A stretch of 64,000 bases of DNA from Octopus sinensis (taxonomy: Eukaryota): the NCBI RefSeq assembly GCF_006345805.1, contig NC_042997.1, forward strand, positions 168,640,001 to 168,704,000, read 5' to 3'. The notes below the pieces were generated by a model. That model did no database searches, was not told the origin of the DNA, and was given only the letters and a program-made list of their open reading frames with translations. Below, piece by piece: positions 50,865 through 64,000 of the stretch; within the stretch, counting starts at the first letter, position 1, and every line of letters starts with the position of its first letter. The translations under genes were made by a program, and so were the position numbers.

Positions 50865-52262
50865 CACTTGTCTCCAGAATTCCCCCTCCTGTTCCTGGTA
50901 GATTGCTCTTCACTAAACCAGAGTCTTTAACCAGCTGGTCTACAAATGTCCTAACAGGACCCCTAGATCACTTTCCATGGATTGGTTCCTACACCAGCAT
51001 TTGACTCACAACTTCATCCCTGCTACAAAAGCAGTTTCCATTGAATTTTGGTCTTTCCTCCATTATAGTGCTTACCATAACGAACTTGGCTTATTGTATG
51101 GGACTGCCATTTAATGTTAAGTGTTGCTCTCAGAAGTTTTGTCTATGTTCCATCTGGTTTTATTTCCAATGCTTTAGCTACTGCTGTAGAAGACTATACT
51201 TTCTATTGCTGCTCGAAAGAGGCTAATCTTAAGTGCTCTGTTTCGATTTTATTTCTAAGTGATGTCCATATTTGGCAGAGCTGACCATGCTTCAGTAAAG
51301 CGAGTTCTAATATTCTTTTCACTTGTATCAACAGTTAAACAACCAGATTTCCAAAATTGAGCCGGAATCTCATCAGGCTCTGAAGCTTTGTTGTTAAGTT
51401 CTTTCATAATAAGTTTCAGTTCTCCCATCGTAAGTACCAGATTTTCTATTGGGAGGGTGTCAAACACTTTTAGACCATGTGCATCATCAATTGCGCCTTA
51501 CTTCTGTAACGCGAAGGATTCTGGCGTGTGTGTGTACAGGTACATATACATACATACATACATGTATGTATCTCTCTCCACTCCACACACACACACACAT
51601 ATTACATATATATGTTTTTTAAAATATAGAGAGATATGTCTGTGTGTTTGTATGTATATGTATACATACACACACACATACAAGAATTATCTGCGTTACA
51701 GAAATAAAAATCATTTTATGTGTACACAATACATGCATACATACATGTATACATACATGCACACATACACACATGGTGGCTGCCCCCTCGTTATCGACTA
51801 TGGCCATTGCACGAAGCTTAATCAATGTTGTTATCGTGCAATGCCTGTACAAGAAGATTTTTTTAAGTGAGGAAAGGCTGTGCACTGAATCAATCCCACT
51901 CACTAAGCAACAGCAGCCATAATCCGAAAAGAAGAACAAGTCAACATCATCGGTAACCACTGAGCTGCAGGTTTTATGTCGGAGTTATCCCAGTTACCTG
52001 AGTTACCTTCTTCTAGAAGGATGCCCTAACAAAGACTAGGAGTCTTTCGCTCCCAATGGTTTAACCGCACGATCGGGTATTCAGTCCGATTATTTCTATG
52101 TCCCCGCGCATGATACAGCCTTAAGACATTTATTGGATGGCCCTTTGACGGGTTTTGTTTTTCATCCCGTAGGGTGTTCAATAAACACCCTCCTCACCAA
52201 GCAAGCTTGGTGGGGTTGCCGGTTTAGTCGCCGACGACTCGACCATGCAACAGGTTGTACTG
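50865..52262 (-). mobile_element. Internally deleted RTE-clade LINE: 5-prime UTR (~51990-52262) and RT pieces (~50865-51500)
   Basis: KASEPDEIPAQFWKSG joined to EAWSALPNM..., ALKISLFRAAIES, and ...VRTFVDQLVKDSGL. Microsatellites lie between the pieces. Confidence 0.7.
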
Positions 52263-52719
52263 GGTTACATACATACATACAAGAATCCTCAGGGTTACAA
52301 AAGTAACGCGTTCTCGAAAACTTGTCGTAACGTGAAATGCCGTAACATGAAATATTTTCCCCATTGATTTTCATATTACAAAGTGCTGATGCATCCTTAC
52401 TGATTCTTTTCAGTCAAAAAACCCCCCCAAAACAAGCAAAGAACAACAACAAACAAGCAACACGGCTTCTTTTATGTATGAAAATAGCTATTTCTAAGTA
52501 GATACAGTACAATATGTGTACATAAAAAAACATTTGGATTGAAATGCGTTAGGGAATAAATAAGAATCATAATATCGTAATACAGCACGTTCTCATCACG
52601 AAAGATGTTGGTTACTGTGTGAGAGATGGTCGTGGTGGTGGTGGTGGTGGAATGAGAGTTACTGGGAGAACTAGAAGGATGAGGGTCACTATCTTCTATA
52701 TTATAGTTTATCATCATCA

Positions 52720-53300
52720 TCAAAATCTAGATGAAGAGGCGAAGAACTTATCCAGAATTGCTCGATATTTATCTCTTTGTGCAGTTCAATGTAGAAACAG
52801 AACACATTGTAAATTTTAATTTTTATGTTACGTCCACGATTAGCGTTGTTATCAGCAAAAAAACTTGCAGAACTTCCTCCATAAGTGCTAACCCCGTAGC
52901 ATAAGTTGTTTGAAAGTTCTCTTTGAATAATATGGATTGAAGTTAGCTGTCACTCTTTGATCCATTGGTAGGACAAAGACGATATACTCTTGGGGTATAT
53001 ATATTCTACCCACACGCAATTAGAAATTTCATTTAAGATCACAGGATGGCTTGTCGCGTTGTTAGAAATATCATGTCCTGTACTGTACTTTTCTGCAGCA
53101 GGACACGAAAGAAAATGTTCGTAAACCACTTTTTGGAAAGGTTCTAAGTCATCCATGCCTTCTTATTTGAACGCCAAATCAGAGAAAAATTAAACTTCGT
53201 GTAACCTCATCGGTTTTTCTTTCCTCATCAGTCATCATCCGAAAAATCATAACAACTTCACGCCATTAACGATGATATTGTTCATTTTCGGTGGCATCAA
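52720..53300 (-). mobile_element. pogo/Tigger-like (DDE_1) transposase remnant
   Basis: LIWRSNKKAWMT, NNATSHP (DNAPGHP equivalent) and PMDQRVTANFNPYY.KRTFKQL (QPMDQGVIANFK equivalent), across frameshifts. Confidence 0.85.
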
Positions 53301-53303
53301 TAG

Positions 53304-53735
53304 TGTAACAGGATGAAAGGTCTGTAACACTGGATGGATGCAGCTTTCATCCTTTACATTAAAATATTAATTGAAAGAAAGGGTCAAGACTTCCGATTAA
53401 CTTCAACAGCATAAATATTTTATTTCTGGATTCGCAATATATACATTCTTCTTCAGGGCGAATCGGCAGCCTAGGATAGGAGCTCGTTGTCAAGTGGAGT
53501 GAGCCAAATCCTGTCCGTTCAAGCATAGCGTAGCAACGCCACGAGGTGGCAGCTTGAGAGAGCTGCTAAAACACGACCGTCCTGTTCGGCTGTCAGCGTT
53601 CGAGAGGCCGATACGAGGGAAATTTTGCTGCTGCTAGTTTTCTGCGCATGCGCATGAGGGAACTTCCGACAGGCCTCCCGGAAGAATCCAACTCTGCGCA
53701 TGCGTGCTGACGATTTCCTAGATGGCGTCACTGCA
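53304..53735 (-). mobile_element. Solo-LTR-like element, homologue of 46347-46747
   Basis: TGTAACAG...CACTGCA termini with near-TSD atag/acag. Same order of NRF1/ETS/YY1-like motifs. Abuts the pogo remnant. Confidence 0.55.
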
Positions 53736-54187
53736 ACAGCAAAAAGCTGCTGGGAATAAACGAGTGAGCGTAAAGGACAGTGACGAAAACAAATACACCA
53801 CAGGTGGTTGGTACAAATATAAATAGACAGTCAAGGAAAATGTTATCAAAACATGAAAAAAATACTCATCTTTAAAAATGACACACTATAATGCTAAATA
53901 CTGTTTTATAGTCTGTGCATACTTGATAACCCGAGTTGTTGAACGAGGCTGTTAACATGAACAGCAAAGCAGAGGAACAGCTATCTTCAAATCTCTGAGC
54001 CGCGGCAGGCAATGAGGTCGGGGAGCGGGGTAATGAATGTAATGAGAAGATGGGTGGTGAGTTGTCAGGTGCAAGAGAGGAATAGAAAAAGCAAGTAACG
54101 AGATGTACATGAAGAAGATCAACTGAACTCAACGAACTTCGAATCACTCTATATGTGCGTAGTGGGGAAGGTATGTGTGAGTGTGTA

Positions 54188-54230
<43 letters not shown>

Positions 54231-56124
54231 TATGTATGCCACTATGCATGTTCGAAAATATATAGTTTTCAAAAGGCTACATAATCACTGAAATCGGAAA
54301 ATTCACAGAACACGACATTTTCCCACTCATAACTTTCTGGAAAATAGGTATTTTTTAATGAAATTTTACACAAACACTTTTCAAACGGTGCAGATTACGG
54401 TTACGAAGAAATTTGTTGGCAAAAGTTTTGGAAGGAGGCGGAGGGAAGAGTTTCTGGAAAACGGAATTTCGGATCAGACAGCTCACATAAGTTGAAATTT
54501 CTCCGTTTTGAGGAGATTTCTACCAATGCTTTTCACCAAAGTCTTCAGAATTATGGGAGGCATCTTTACACGAACAAAAAAGAAAAAAATCTTGAAAAAT
54601 TTTTTTTTTACTTCCGCCACCCCCTCACCACCCCAGTCCAAAACGATTTTGGTCTTTTTTTTTTTCTACGCACTTAAAACCCGTGAGAGAAACATTTTCG
54701 CTTAAAAAAAATATTGTTAATAATTTCAGAGGAAAATGTGTAATTTAAGGGAGATCTGGTTGTTGTTTCTAGCACTCCCAAAACCTTCCATCTCGTTTCT
54801 TTCTCACTCACACATCTATTGATATTTTTTAATATTTTTCTCCCTATAAACAAATTTTATGGAATTATGATGTCAACGTAACACACGTGTAGTCCCAGCC
54901 GGGCGAGGCCGTGTAATGCGTGTGAGTAAGAAAAAAACACCTAAAAACATCTTTAGTGTTCATATTAATCTGTCAAATGTAATTGTTCACGTTATTTTGA
55001 ATTATTCAGGTTCAAGAGGGGTGTCTAGAATATTTTCTTGTAACTATGTATATTTTTTTACCTACGGATTTGAAATTTTGTCAGTGGGCGCTTTATATAC
55101 CACTGGTTTATAATTATGTAATTTTAGCTGATCTTGCTGAGAAAATTTGACTTTTATAGGCTGGTAAATTTAATTAACAGGTGTAAATGCAATAACATTA
55201 TAAACACTAAAATTCTTAATGTCTCTTACCTGTTTGATTTGTTACTAAAATTATCCCAGATGGCAACCGATAAAAATTTTGGCACTTTTCAAGATGAAGT
55301 ACATTAATTTGAATTAATTAAAATACAGGTATATTCTTTCAGTAAATATTTCGTACCTCGGTGTGGAATAATTTTTACCACATTTTTTTTTGGGGGGGGG
55401 GGGCTGCATTCAACGTATCTTACCTCCAAACCCGCTGCAAGCCACTTTTTTTCCGGAAAAGAAGGGTGAGAGGGATGGTGGGGACCTCGAAGTTTCCCAT
55501 CAAGGGAGTCTTGTTCCGCGGATCTTTTTTCTTTTCCAGCTTATTTTACATGCTTTCAACGAATGTGACATCGAAATCACGCGTACACGGCTCCTTTTTC
55601 TTGAAAAGGGAAGATTTCGTTGCTATTTCTAGCACATCCTGCTACCACGTAACAGCTATTTCGATTCATGCCGAAATACTTGCGTCCACACCGAAATATT
55701 TACCAAATTTTTTCCTTCCATTTATTTTTCCCACTTTATGGAAATCAATATTTTCTCTGCAGACATCCACCTCAGCGAGGTCACGGATCAAGTGGAAGCA
55801 CATCAATCACTGTTCCCTCTTGATAGAACAAAGAAATTTTCCGCATTCTTTGGTTTCAAATCCATGTAGGGCCTAACGAAGTCCAACAAATTATTTATAA
55901 TAATAAGTGGCGTTATGTCGGGGTTGAAAGAATGACGTGTGCAATATTAAATAGGCTAAGACAATCTGAAAACAATAGAAACTTTTAAACGTTTACCGGT
56001 TTTTATGAAATTTTGGGGTTAACGGACTTGAGTTAACGGAAGCTAAATGTAACGGAAGTTAATAGTCCAATAATGATTTTCAAAGTTAACTTCGCTAATT
56101 AATGATTAACGAACTTACGCCCAG

Positions 56125-56188
<64 letters not shown>

Positions 56189-56889
56189 ATATCAATTATT
56201 AATGCAGTACGACCGTTTCAAGCGGCTACATTTAACTGAACAATGCAATCATTAGATCAGTTTAAATACAGCAGTATCTTCACCTGCACAAAAAAATATA
56301 TGGATCTCCAACAGGTAGGATGCATTTATATAATTTTTCTTTAATATTTTAACAGAGCAAGAAGAGGGAAGAACTTCATGCTGCCGCTATTATAGCAGAA
56401 TGGCTAAGAAAAACAGACTACAATTTCTTAGGATAGCATGGAGCATAGGAGGGTCATAGGATTGTAATTCATTTCCAATTTATTTATATCTTTATTCTCT
56501 ACTAAAATCTGAGACTAGAAGACTGTATATTTAGAGTAAAAAGCAAAAGTGAGTTGGCAGCTTATGGCTAGCCAATGGTCATAGATATTGTCATAGGCAT
56601 CCTTTACCCACAATAGAAAAGAAATAAAACTTTAGAAAGAGTCAATTAGATAGAAATAATTGTCTATAATTTTTTTTAAAGGGAGGTAGAGTAGGGATTG
56701 ACTTTAATTCATGATGTTAATTACCAGTTAATGGGGCAAGACACTATGAAACTTAAGATGCTATAATGAGATACATGAAAAATATTAGGGGCTCATTGGG
56801 GGAACGTTTATAAGCAGTATTATTATGTTGTATAAAAATGAAATAAATTTTTTAAAAATTCAAGAAAAGGACATCATAACCTTTTCTTA

Positions 56890-57095
56890 TCTAGGTATAA
56901 GGCCCGAAATTTTGGGGGTGGGGGTCAGTTGATTAGATCGACGATAGTACGCAACTGGTACTTGATTTATCGAACCTGAAAGGGATTAAATGCAAAGTCG
57001 ATCTCGGCGGAATTTGAACTCAGAACGTAACGGCAGACGAAATACGGCAACGCATTTCGCCCGGCGTGCTAACGTTTCTGCCAGCTCGTCGCCTT
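56890..57095 (-). mobile_element. SINE family A
   Basis: Reverse-complement head and tail. Confidence 0.85.
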
Positions 57096-57327
57096 AAAAG
57101 ATAGCATAACCCAAATAGCTAAAAGGTGTGTATGTATCAATTATAAACATTAAAAGGAAGATTACTATTATGTAGAATCAATTTAATACCTCTTCTTTAC
57201 TTACTTACTTACTTAATTAATTAATTATTGAGTGGTTTCTATAAGGACTACTCAAGCCACTTACATATGGAATATGTATATAAATGAATGTTTGTGTGTG
57301 TGTGTGTCTGTGAATATGTATGTGTAT

Positions 57328-57429
<102 letters not shown>

Positions 57430-58130
57430 GCAAACGGCTAGCTGGATGGATCCTCCTAACTTTCAAAACAAGAGTAAGGGAGACATTGACGGTCCTTTGG
57501 AGGACATACGTCCTCAGCCACGTGAACTTCTGCTCCCGACTATGATCAACACACAATATAAAATTCATGGCGGAACTCGAAGCAATCCAACGAAGCTACA
57601 CTAAGAAAATCGTCTCGATGCAGCGTATCAGCTACTGGGAAAGACTGAATGAATTAAAACTCTTCTCCCTAGAACGAAAGTGGGAAAGATATGCTATGAT
57701 ATGCATTTGGAAAATCCTGGAAGGCCTTGGACCAAACTTTGGCATTGAAAGTTACTCAAACTGCAGAACGGGGTGCCACTACATAGTGCCAAAGATCCCA
57801 GCATCGCCATCAAAATATAGGACCAGATACTACAACAACTTGGGCTTCAAAGAGTCCACAGCTCTCCAGCATCCTTCCAAAATGCCTGAGATACCTGCAT
57901 GGTGTGGATTTAAGTGTCTTTAAAACAAAACTGGATCTCTTCCTGTCATGAGTTCCAGACGAGCCTACCACCTCACGGCAGGAAAACCAGATAAGAGCAG
58001 CAGCATCAAACTCCCTCACTGACCAAATGCCACATATCAAAGGAGGTTTCAAATAATGGCGTATCTCACTCAACGGTGGTGCCCCAGCATGACCGCAGCT
58101 TTGAAGCTGAAACATTTTAAAGAATTAAAG
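57430..58130 (+). mobile_element. CR1/L2-group LINE, RT C-terminus and 3-prime end
   Basis: LTFKTRVRETLTVLWRTYVLSHVNFCS...AELEAIQRSYTKKI..MQRISYWERLNELKLFSLERKWERYAMICIWKILEGL. Confidence 0.85.
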
Positions 58131-58136
58131 AATATA

Positions 58137-58304
58137 GGCGTAGGAATGGCTGTGTGGTAACTAGCATGCTTACCAACCATATAGTTTCGGGTTCAGTCCC
58201 ACTGCGTGACACCTTGGGCAAGTGTCTTCTACTATAGCCTCGGGCCGCCGGCCTTGTGAGTGGATTTGGTGGACGGAAACTGAAAGAAGCCCGTCGTATA
58301 TATA

Positions 58305-58379
<75 letters not shown>

Positions 58380-58675
58380 TAAGCAATAAAGGGTTTATAT
58401 ATATATATATATATTTATTTATATATATATATATATGTATGAGTGTGTATATGTTTGTGATCTGTCTTTGTCGCCCCAACATCGCTTGACAACCGATGCT
58501 GGTGTGTTTACGTCCCTATAACTTAGCGGTTCGGCAAAAGAGACCGATAGAATAAGTAATAGATTTACTAAGAATAAGTCCTGGGGTCGATTTGTTCGAC
58601 TAAAGGCGGTGGTCCAGCATGGCCACAGTCAAATGACTGAAACAAGTAAAAGAGTAAAAGAGAGAGTAAAAGAGA
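58137..58675 (+). mobile_element. SINE family B, full length
   Basis: Co-linear with 17584-18051. Confidence 0.9.
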
Positions 58676-58676
58676 A

Positions 58677-59660
<984 letters not shown>

Positions 59661-60104
59661 GTGTGTATGTCTGTGTGTGTGTGAGTGCTATATATCACTG
59701 CTAGGTGTGGCAGATCAGAATAAAAGGTGGGGGTAATGAAGTAATAGATGATTTTAAGGTCAGAGATTGTCGTAGTGACATCAACTACAGCAACAGCAGC
59801 AGCAGCAGCAGCAGTTGTAGCAGCAACGGCAGTAGCGGTGGTGGTGGTGGTGTTTAAAAAAAACAAAAACAATCCAACAAATTTCTAAAATGAATAGTGA
59901 ATGTATAAATCAACAATCAGTAATCTAATAGTGTTCACACACAAACGTACACACATGCATATAAGCATGTATATATACACACACATGCATATACGCATGT
60001 ACACATGTATGAAACGCTGAAATAATTCATTTGAAAACATAAGGCACGAAAATAAAAATAAACAAAGCGATCTGAAAAGAAATGTAAAAAAAAAAAATAG
60101 ACAA

Positions 60105-60265
60105 GTAGGAGCAGGAGTGGCTGTATGGTTAAGAAGTTGGCTTCCAACCAGGTGGTCTTGGGTTCAGTCCCACTACACGGCACCTTGGTCAAGTCTCTTC
60201 TACTAAAGCTCCGGGCCGACCAATGCCTTATGAGTGGATTTGGTAGATGGAAATAAAAAGAGGCC
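60105..60265 (+). mobile_element. SINE family B head
   Basis: gcaggagtggctgtatggttaag...gggttcagtcccac. Confidence 0.75.
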
Positions 60266-60309
60266 TATTGTATATAGCTGCTATCTTTGGCAATATGCTC
60301 TTGTCACAA

Positions 60310-60712
60310 GGCGGCGAGCTGGCAGAAACGTTAGCACGCCGGACGAAATGCTTAGCGGTATTTCGTCTGCCGCTATGTTCTGAGTTCAAATTCCGCCGAG
60401 GTCGACTTTGCCTTTCATCCTTTCGGAGTCGATTAAATAAGTACCAGTTACGCACTGGGGTCGATGTAATCGACTTAATCCGTTTGTCCTCTCTGTGTTT
60501 AGCCCCTTGTGGGTAGTAAACAAATAGGTATTTCGTCTGCCGCTACGTTCTGTGTTCAAATTCCGCCGAGGTTGACTTTGCCTTTCATCCTTTCGGAGTC
60601 GATTAAATAAGTACCAGTTACGCACTGGGGTCGATGTAATCGACTTAGTCCCTTTGTCTGTCATTGTTTGTCCTCTCTATGTTTAGCCCCTTGTGGGCAA
60701 TAAAGAATTAAA
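60310..60712 (+). mobile_element. Two family A SINEs fused head to tail
   Basis: The first copy ends aaatagg and continues directly into tatttcgtctgcc of a second body. Confidence 0.85.
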
Positions 60713-60729
60713 TATGCTCTTCCGTCATC

Positions 60730-62545
60730 AAAGACTCACCACAGTTTCGTATTATACATTTCATTACCATAGAATCATAACCAAGATATTCAACAAAGAA
60801 TATCCTAACATCGTCCAACAAGCTCTATACACAAGACTGCTGCTGGAAGAGATGATAAACCTAGTCAGGCGAATGAAATGGAAAGCTTTTTTCTTCGACC
60901 AGGTAAAAACCACTTGCGGAGACTGGACATTTTGGACTTAAATTCAGGAAATTTCCACAGAGGATCATAGAAATGGAAGCCTCAGAAAACGACCTTCTCG
61001 CTTATTAAAACTCCATCTGAAATTCCACTAACTCAAACTTAGAACAGGCGTCCGTAGACTTAAATCTTCTGGTTGGACTTTATTATTTTAGATTTATATA
61101 GAGTCAGTAACAATATACACGTACAGCTACTTAACAACAGCATCACATAGACTTACAAGAAGGCAACTCCTTTGATAATATGAGGCCAAAGATATAGCGT
61201 GAAGCTTTTGTTGAAGACACAGGATTTTGCTGGGAAATTAGATGATGATATACACATTATCATACCTGCCAGAAAAAGCTTACTTTCCCACAAGGAATTG
61301 TCCTGGGCCAAGCGTACTAACCCAGAAGGCTCCTTCAACGTAGCGATTCAAGAATGCTGACGTGTTTGACCTAGATGCTTTTTTTGTTTGGAATTTACTT
61401 AAGAAGAAAAATCCCTTCTACTAGTTTTAGCATCTACAGAGACGATGATTTAGCAATACTGAGAAGGTCGAATGATCGCACACTCGATACGGCTTAGAAA
61501 GTACCTTATCAGTACCATGAACTCCCTTGGCCTCAAAATCAATAGAAACTAACCTGAAGACGGTGAGTTTCTCTTATGTGACCTTGGGCTTGGGAATCAT
61601 GTGCCTATAGACCCTTTACAAAGCCAAACAAGAGGCTGACATACATTATCACAGCTTCCTGTCACCGAGCCATAGTGTTCAGGATCCTGGTTGAGGGAGT
61701 CAGCAGAAGAATCTCTAGCTTATCTTCAAGTTAGGAGATTTTTTACACTGCCGCCCCATATTATTATGAAGCTCTGGTTGCAGAGGTTTTAAGAAGAGAA
61801 TTATTTGTTCGCCAGACCGTAACTCCGCCAAGAGAAAACGCCACAAGAAAGTGTTCTCGTTCACAATCATCCTTCTCCTTAAGCGTAAAAACTTGTATGA
61901 ATAGGGTTTTCCTTACTCTTTTACTCGTTTCAATCATTTGACTGCGGCCATGCTGGAACACCGCCTTTAGTCGAGCAAATCGACCCTGGGACTTATTCTT
62001 TGTAAGCCTAGTACTTATTCTATCGGAATCTCTTGCCGAACCGCTAGGTGACGGGGACGTAAACACACCAGCATCGGTTGCCAAGCGATGTTGTGGGGGA
62101 CAAACACAGACACACAAACACACACATATATATATACATATACACATATACGACGGGCTTCTTTCAGTTTCCGTCTACCAAATCCACTCACAAGGCTTTG
62201 GTCGGCCTGAGGCTATAGTAGAAGACACTTGCCCAAGGTGCCACGTAGTGTGACTGAACCCGGAACCATGTTGTTGGTAAGCAAGCTATTTTACCACACA
62301 GCCACTCTTTAGCTTAGTAGATAAATATTTTCCCCGTATGAGTAGGTTCAGTAACATTTTTAATAGTTACTCCTTAAGAGTCTCCTTTAATTGTGCACCT
62401 AGTGCCAAAAAAGAGAAGATATTAGCAGGTCGGTCCACACCTGAAACAAAAGCAGGATGCTCATGTATTGGTAGCACCATATGTCTCCTTAATGCCACTG
62501 TAACATGGATAAGTCCTATATGATGCAGAAATGAAAGTATGTGGA
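60730..62545 (+). mobile_element. Penelope-like element, decayed RT and linker, split by a SINE
   Basis: NLVRRMKWKAFFF, FGLK, YEAKDIA, IYRDDDLAILRR (YRDD motif), RPFTKPNK, FSLSVKT, DKYFP...NIFNSYSLRVSFNCAP, CSC...CLL. Confidence 0.85.
61913..62307 (-). mobile_element. SINE family B inserted into the Penelope ORF
   Basis: Removing it rejoins RVFL-SLVDKYFP. Confidence 0.9.
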
Positions 62546-62664
62546 AGCGACAGAGAATCAGAATCAATAAACATAACTCCTTCGGTATTCTGGGGGAGAC
62601 GAAATATCATGGTCCTGGACAAACACTTATGGCCGTTAAAGGAAAGTGGAGTACAGCATAAAGT

Positions 62665-62821
62665 GGGAAATCTTCTTTCAGTTTCCGTCTACCAAATCCA
62701 CTCACAAGGCTTTGGCCGGCCCGAGGCTATAGTAGAAGACACTTGCCCAAGGTGCCACACAGTGGAACTGAACCCGGAACCATATGGTTCGTAAGCAAGC
62801 TATTTACCACACAGCCACTCC
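62665..62821 (-). mobile_element. SINE family B head
   Basis: ttcagtttccgtctaccaaatcc...accacacagccactcc. Confidence 0.85.
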
Positions 62822-64000
62822 GTTTTTTTTTTTTTAAATACAATTCAAGGCTTTAGAAACTCTCTACTAGTTATGGACAACCTTTATCTAGAAGCGGGGT
62901 GCATGAGACATGGCTCATCATCAGACGAGCTGAATTACAGGTAATTTTTCATTTAGGATTGCCGGGACAGCAGTTTGCCTATGATCTACACTAGTGCTGA
63001 AGCGGCTCGAAAAATGTTAGTTATATTTTGTTATACACAAGAATGGCTGATAAAACAAAATAAACAAGTCTTTCTTCAAACATTTTTTTTTTCTTCTGAA
63101 TTTTTAACTTCGAATCATAATTTGTCTTTCTTAAAATTTTCAGGCAAAGTACGCCAAACTAATTTGTTTTTTATGTGCACCAGTAATTTAATCTTTAATG
63201 TCCTTGCCCCACGAAGTAAAAAGGAGAAGAAAAAAGAAAAAGAGAGAGAGAATTATAGATCTAACATATCAAATTATGGAGAAAACATGTAAAGTAATTT
63301 GATAATACGATAGCAATGAATAATTGAATAAAAATGACACCTTCACTCACTCTCCTTCCTTACCGTACAGAAGTGCGGGTGCCGAGATCTGTGAACACGG
63401 TTACATTCAACCTGACGTCATATTACCTTACTTCACTCTTTATAAATCCACCTGACAGTCACTCCCATCTAATTTTCAATAGTCCCATCAGAAAAATAAA
63501 CCACACTTGCTGTATAGAGTATTATAAACTAGTCTATAATACGCGTTTTACGAGAGCTGAATAAATCAAGCATGAATAATTATAAATATAATGATAAAAC
63601 AAGTAAATTTTTATTATCAGAAAGCTGACAAAAGATATCTAATAATAAGTGTCTCCTTTAAATCTCACTAACCATATTTAAAAAAAAAAAATGGAAATTG
63701 ATATGTAGGCGTTCGCCGTACCCGACATACTCCATCCCCACTTTTGTTTCTGCACCTGTTGGGTTTTGGGACACATGGTTCAAGTCGTTATTAAAAAGAT
63801 TTACACAGCATATTATCACGTCATACAAAACAAAGGAAAATATATACTAATAGGGACATGAGTTTTAGCCTATGAGAAAAATAAACAGGAAAATATCGAT
63901 GTTCGCAAGTCTGAAAACTTTAAAATATTGTAAATAATATACTTGCATTTCAGATAATAACAGGTGTTGTTGTTGGGTCAGCCAAAATCGAACAGATTTA

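Noticed and set aside
54240-55876. Non-microsatellite block with a 171-aa ORF, possibly an exon or transposon
   Set aside because: I could not identify TIRs, TSDs or protein motifs in any frame, and the minus-strand frames have multiple stops. It needs a database search.

Overview
AT-rich, microsatellite-rich eukaryotic non-coding DNA. The SINE repertoire and the (TA)n/(TG)n/(TATG)n/(GATA)n density suggest a cephalopod, probably Octopus; this is inference, with no search run. I found no intact host protein-coding gene, rRNA, tRNA gene or CRISPR array, and most of the ORF track is translated microsatellite. The window is a layered record of old transposon insertions. It holds at least four tRNA-derived SINE families (about 30 copies) and decayed RTE, CR1/L2-type and L1/Tx1-type LINE reverse-transcriptase fragments. 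There are three Penelope-like (PLE) coding remnants, several Tc1/mariner, pogo/Tigger and hAT remnants, and a hAT MITE plus two copies of an 8-bp-TSD MITE. About eight TG...CA solo-LTR-like elements occur without internal domains. The most interesting structures are: (i) a 223-bp foldback at 7.0-7.2 kb whose arms fit a type I hammerhead ribozyme layout, plus weaker hammerhead-like remnants; (ii) a 557-bp near-identical tandem array ending in an inverted copy, resembling PLE pseudo-LTRs; (iii) one SINE family inserting twice, antisense, into itself at the same 14-bp site; (iv) two related LTR-like elements carrying an NRF1-ETS-ETS-NRF1-YY1-like promoter cassette; and (v) a duplicated CAG/CAA-flanked segment with one-sided CpG decay next to a ZNF143-like motif. 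Coordinates were read by eye. TIR/TSD ends are near-exact; decayed fragment ends are approximate.
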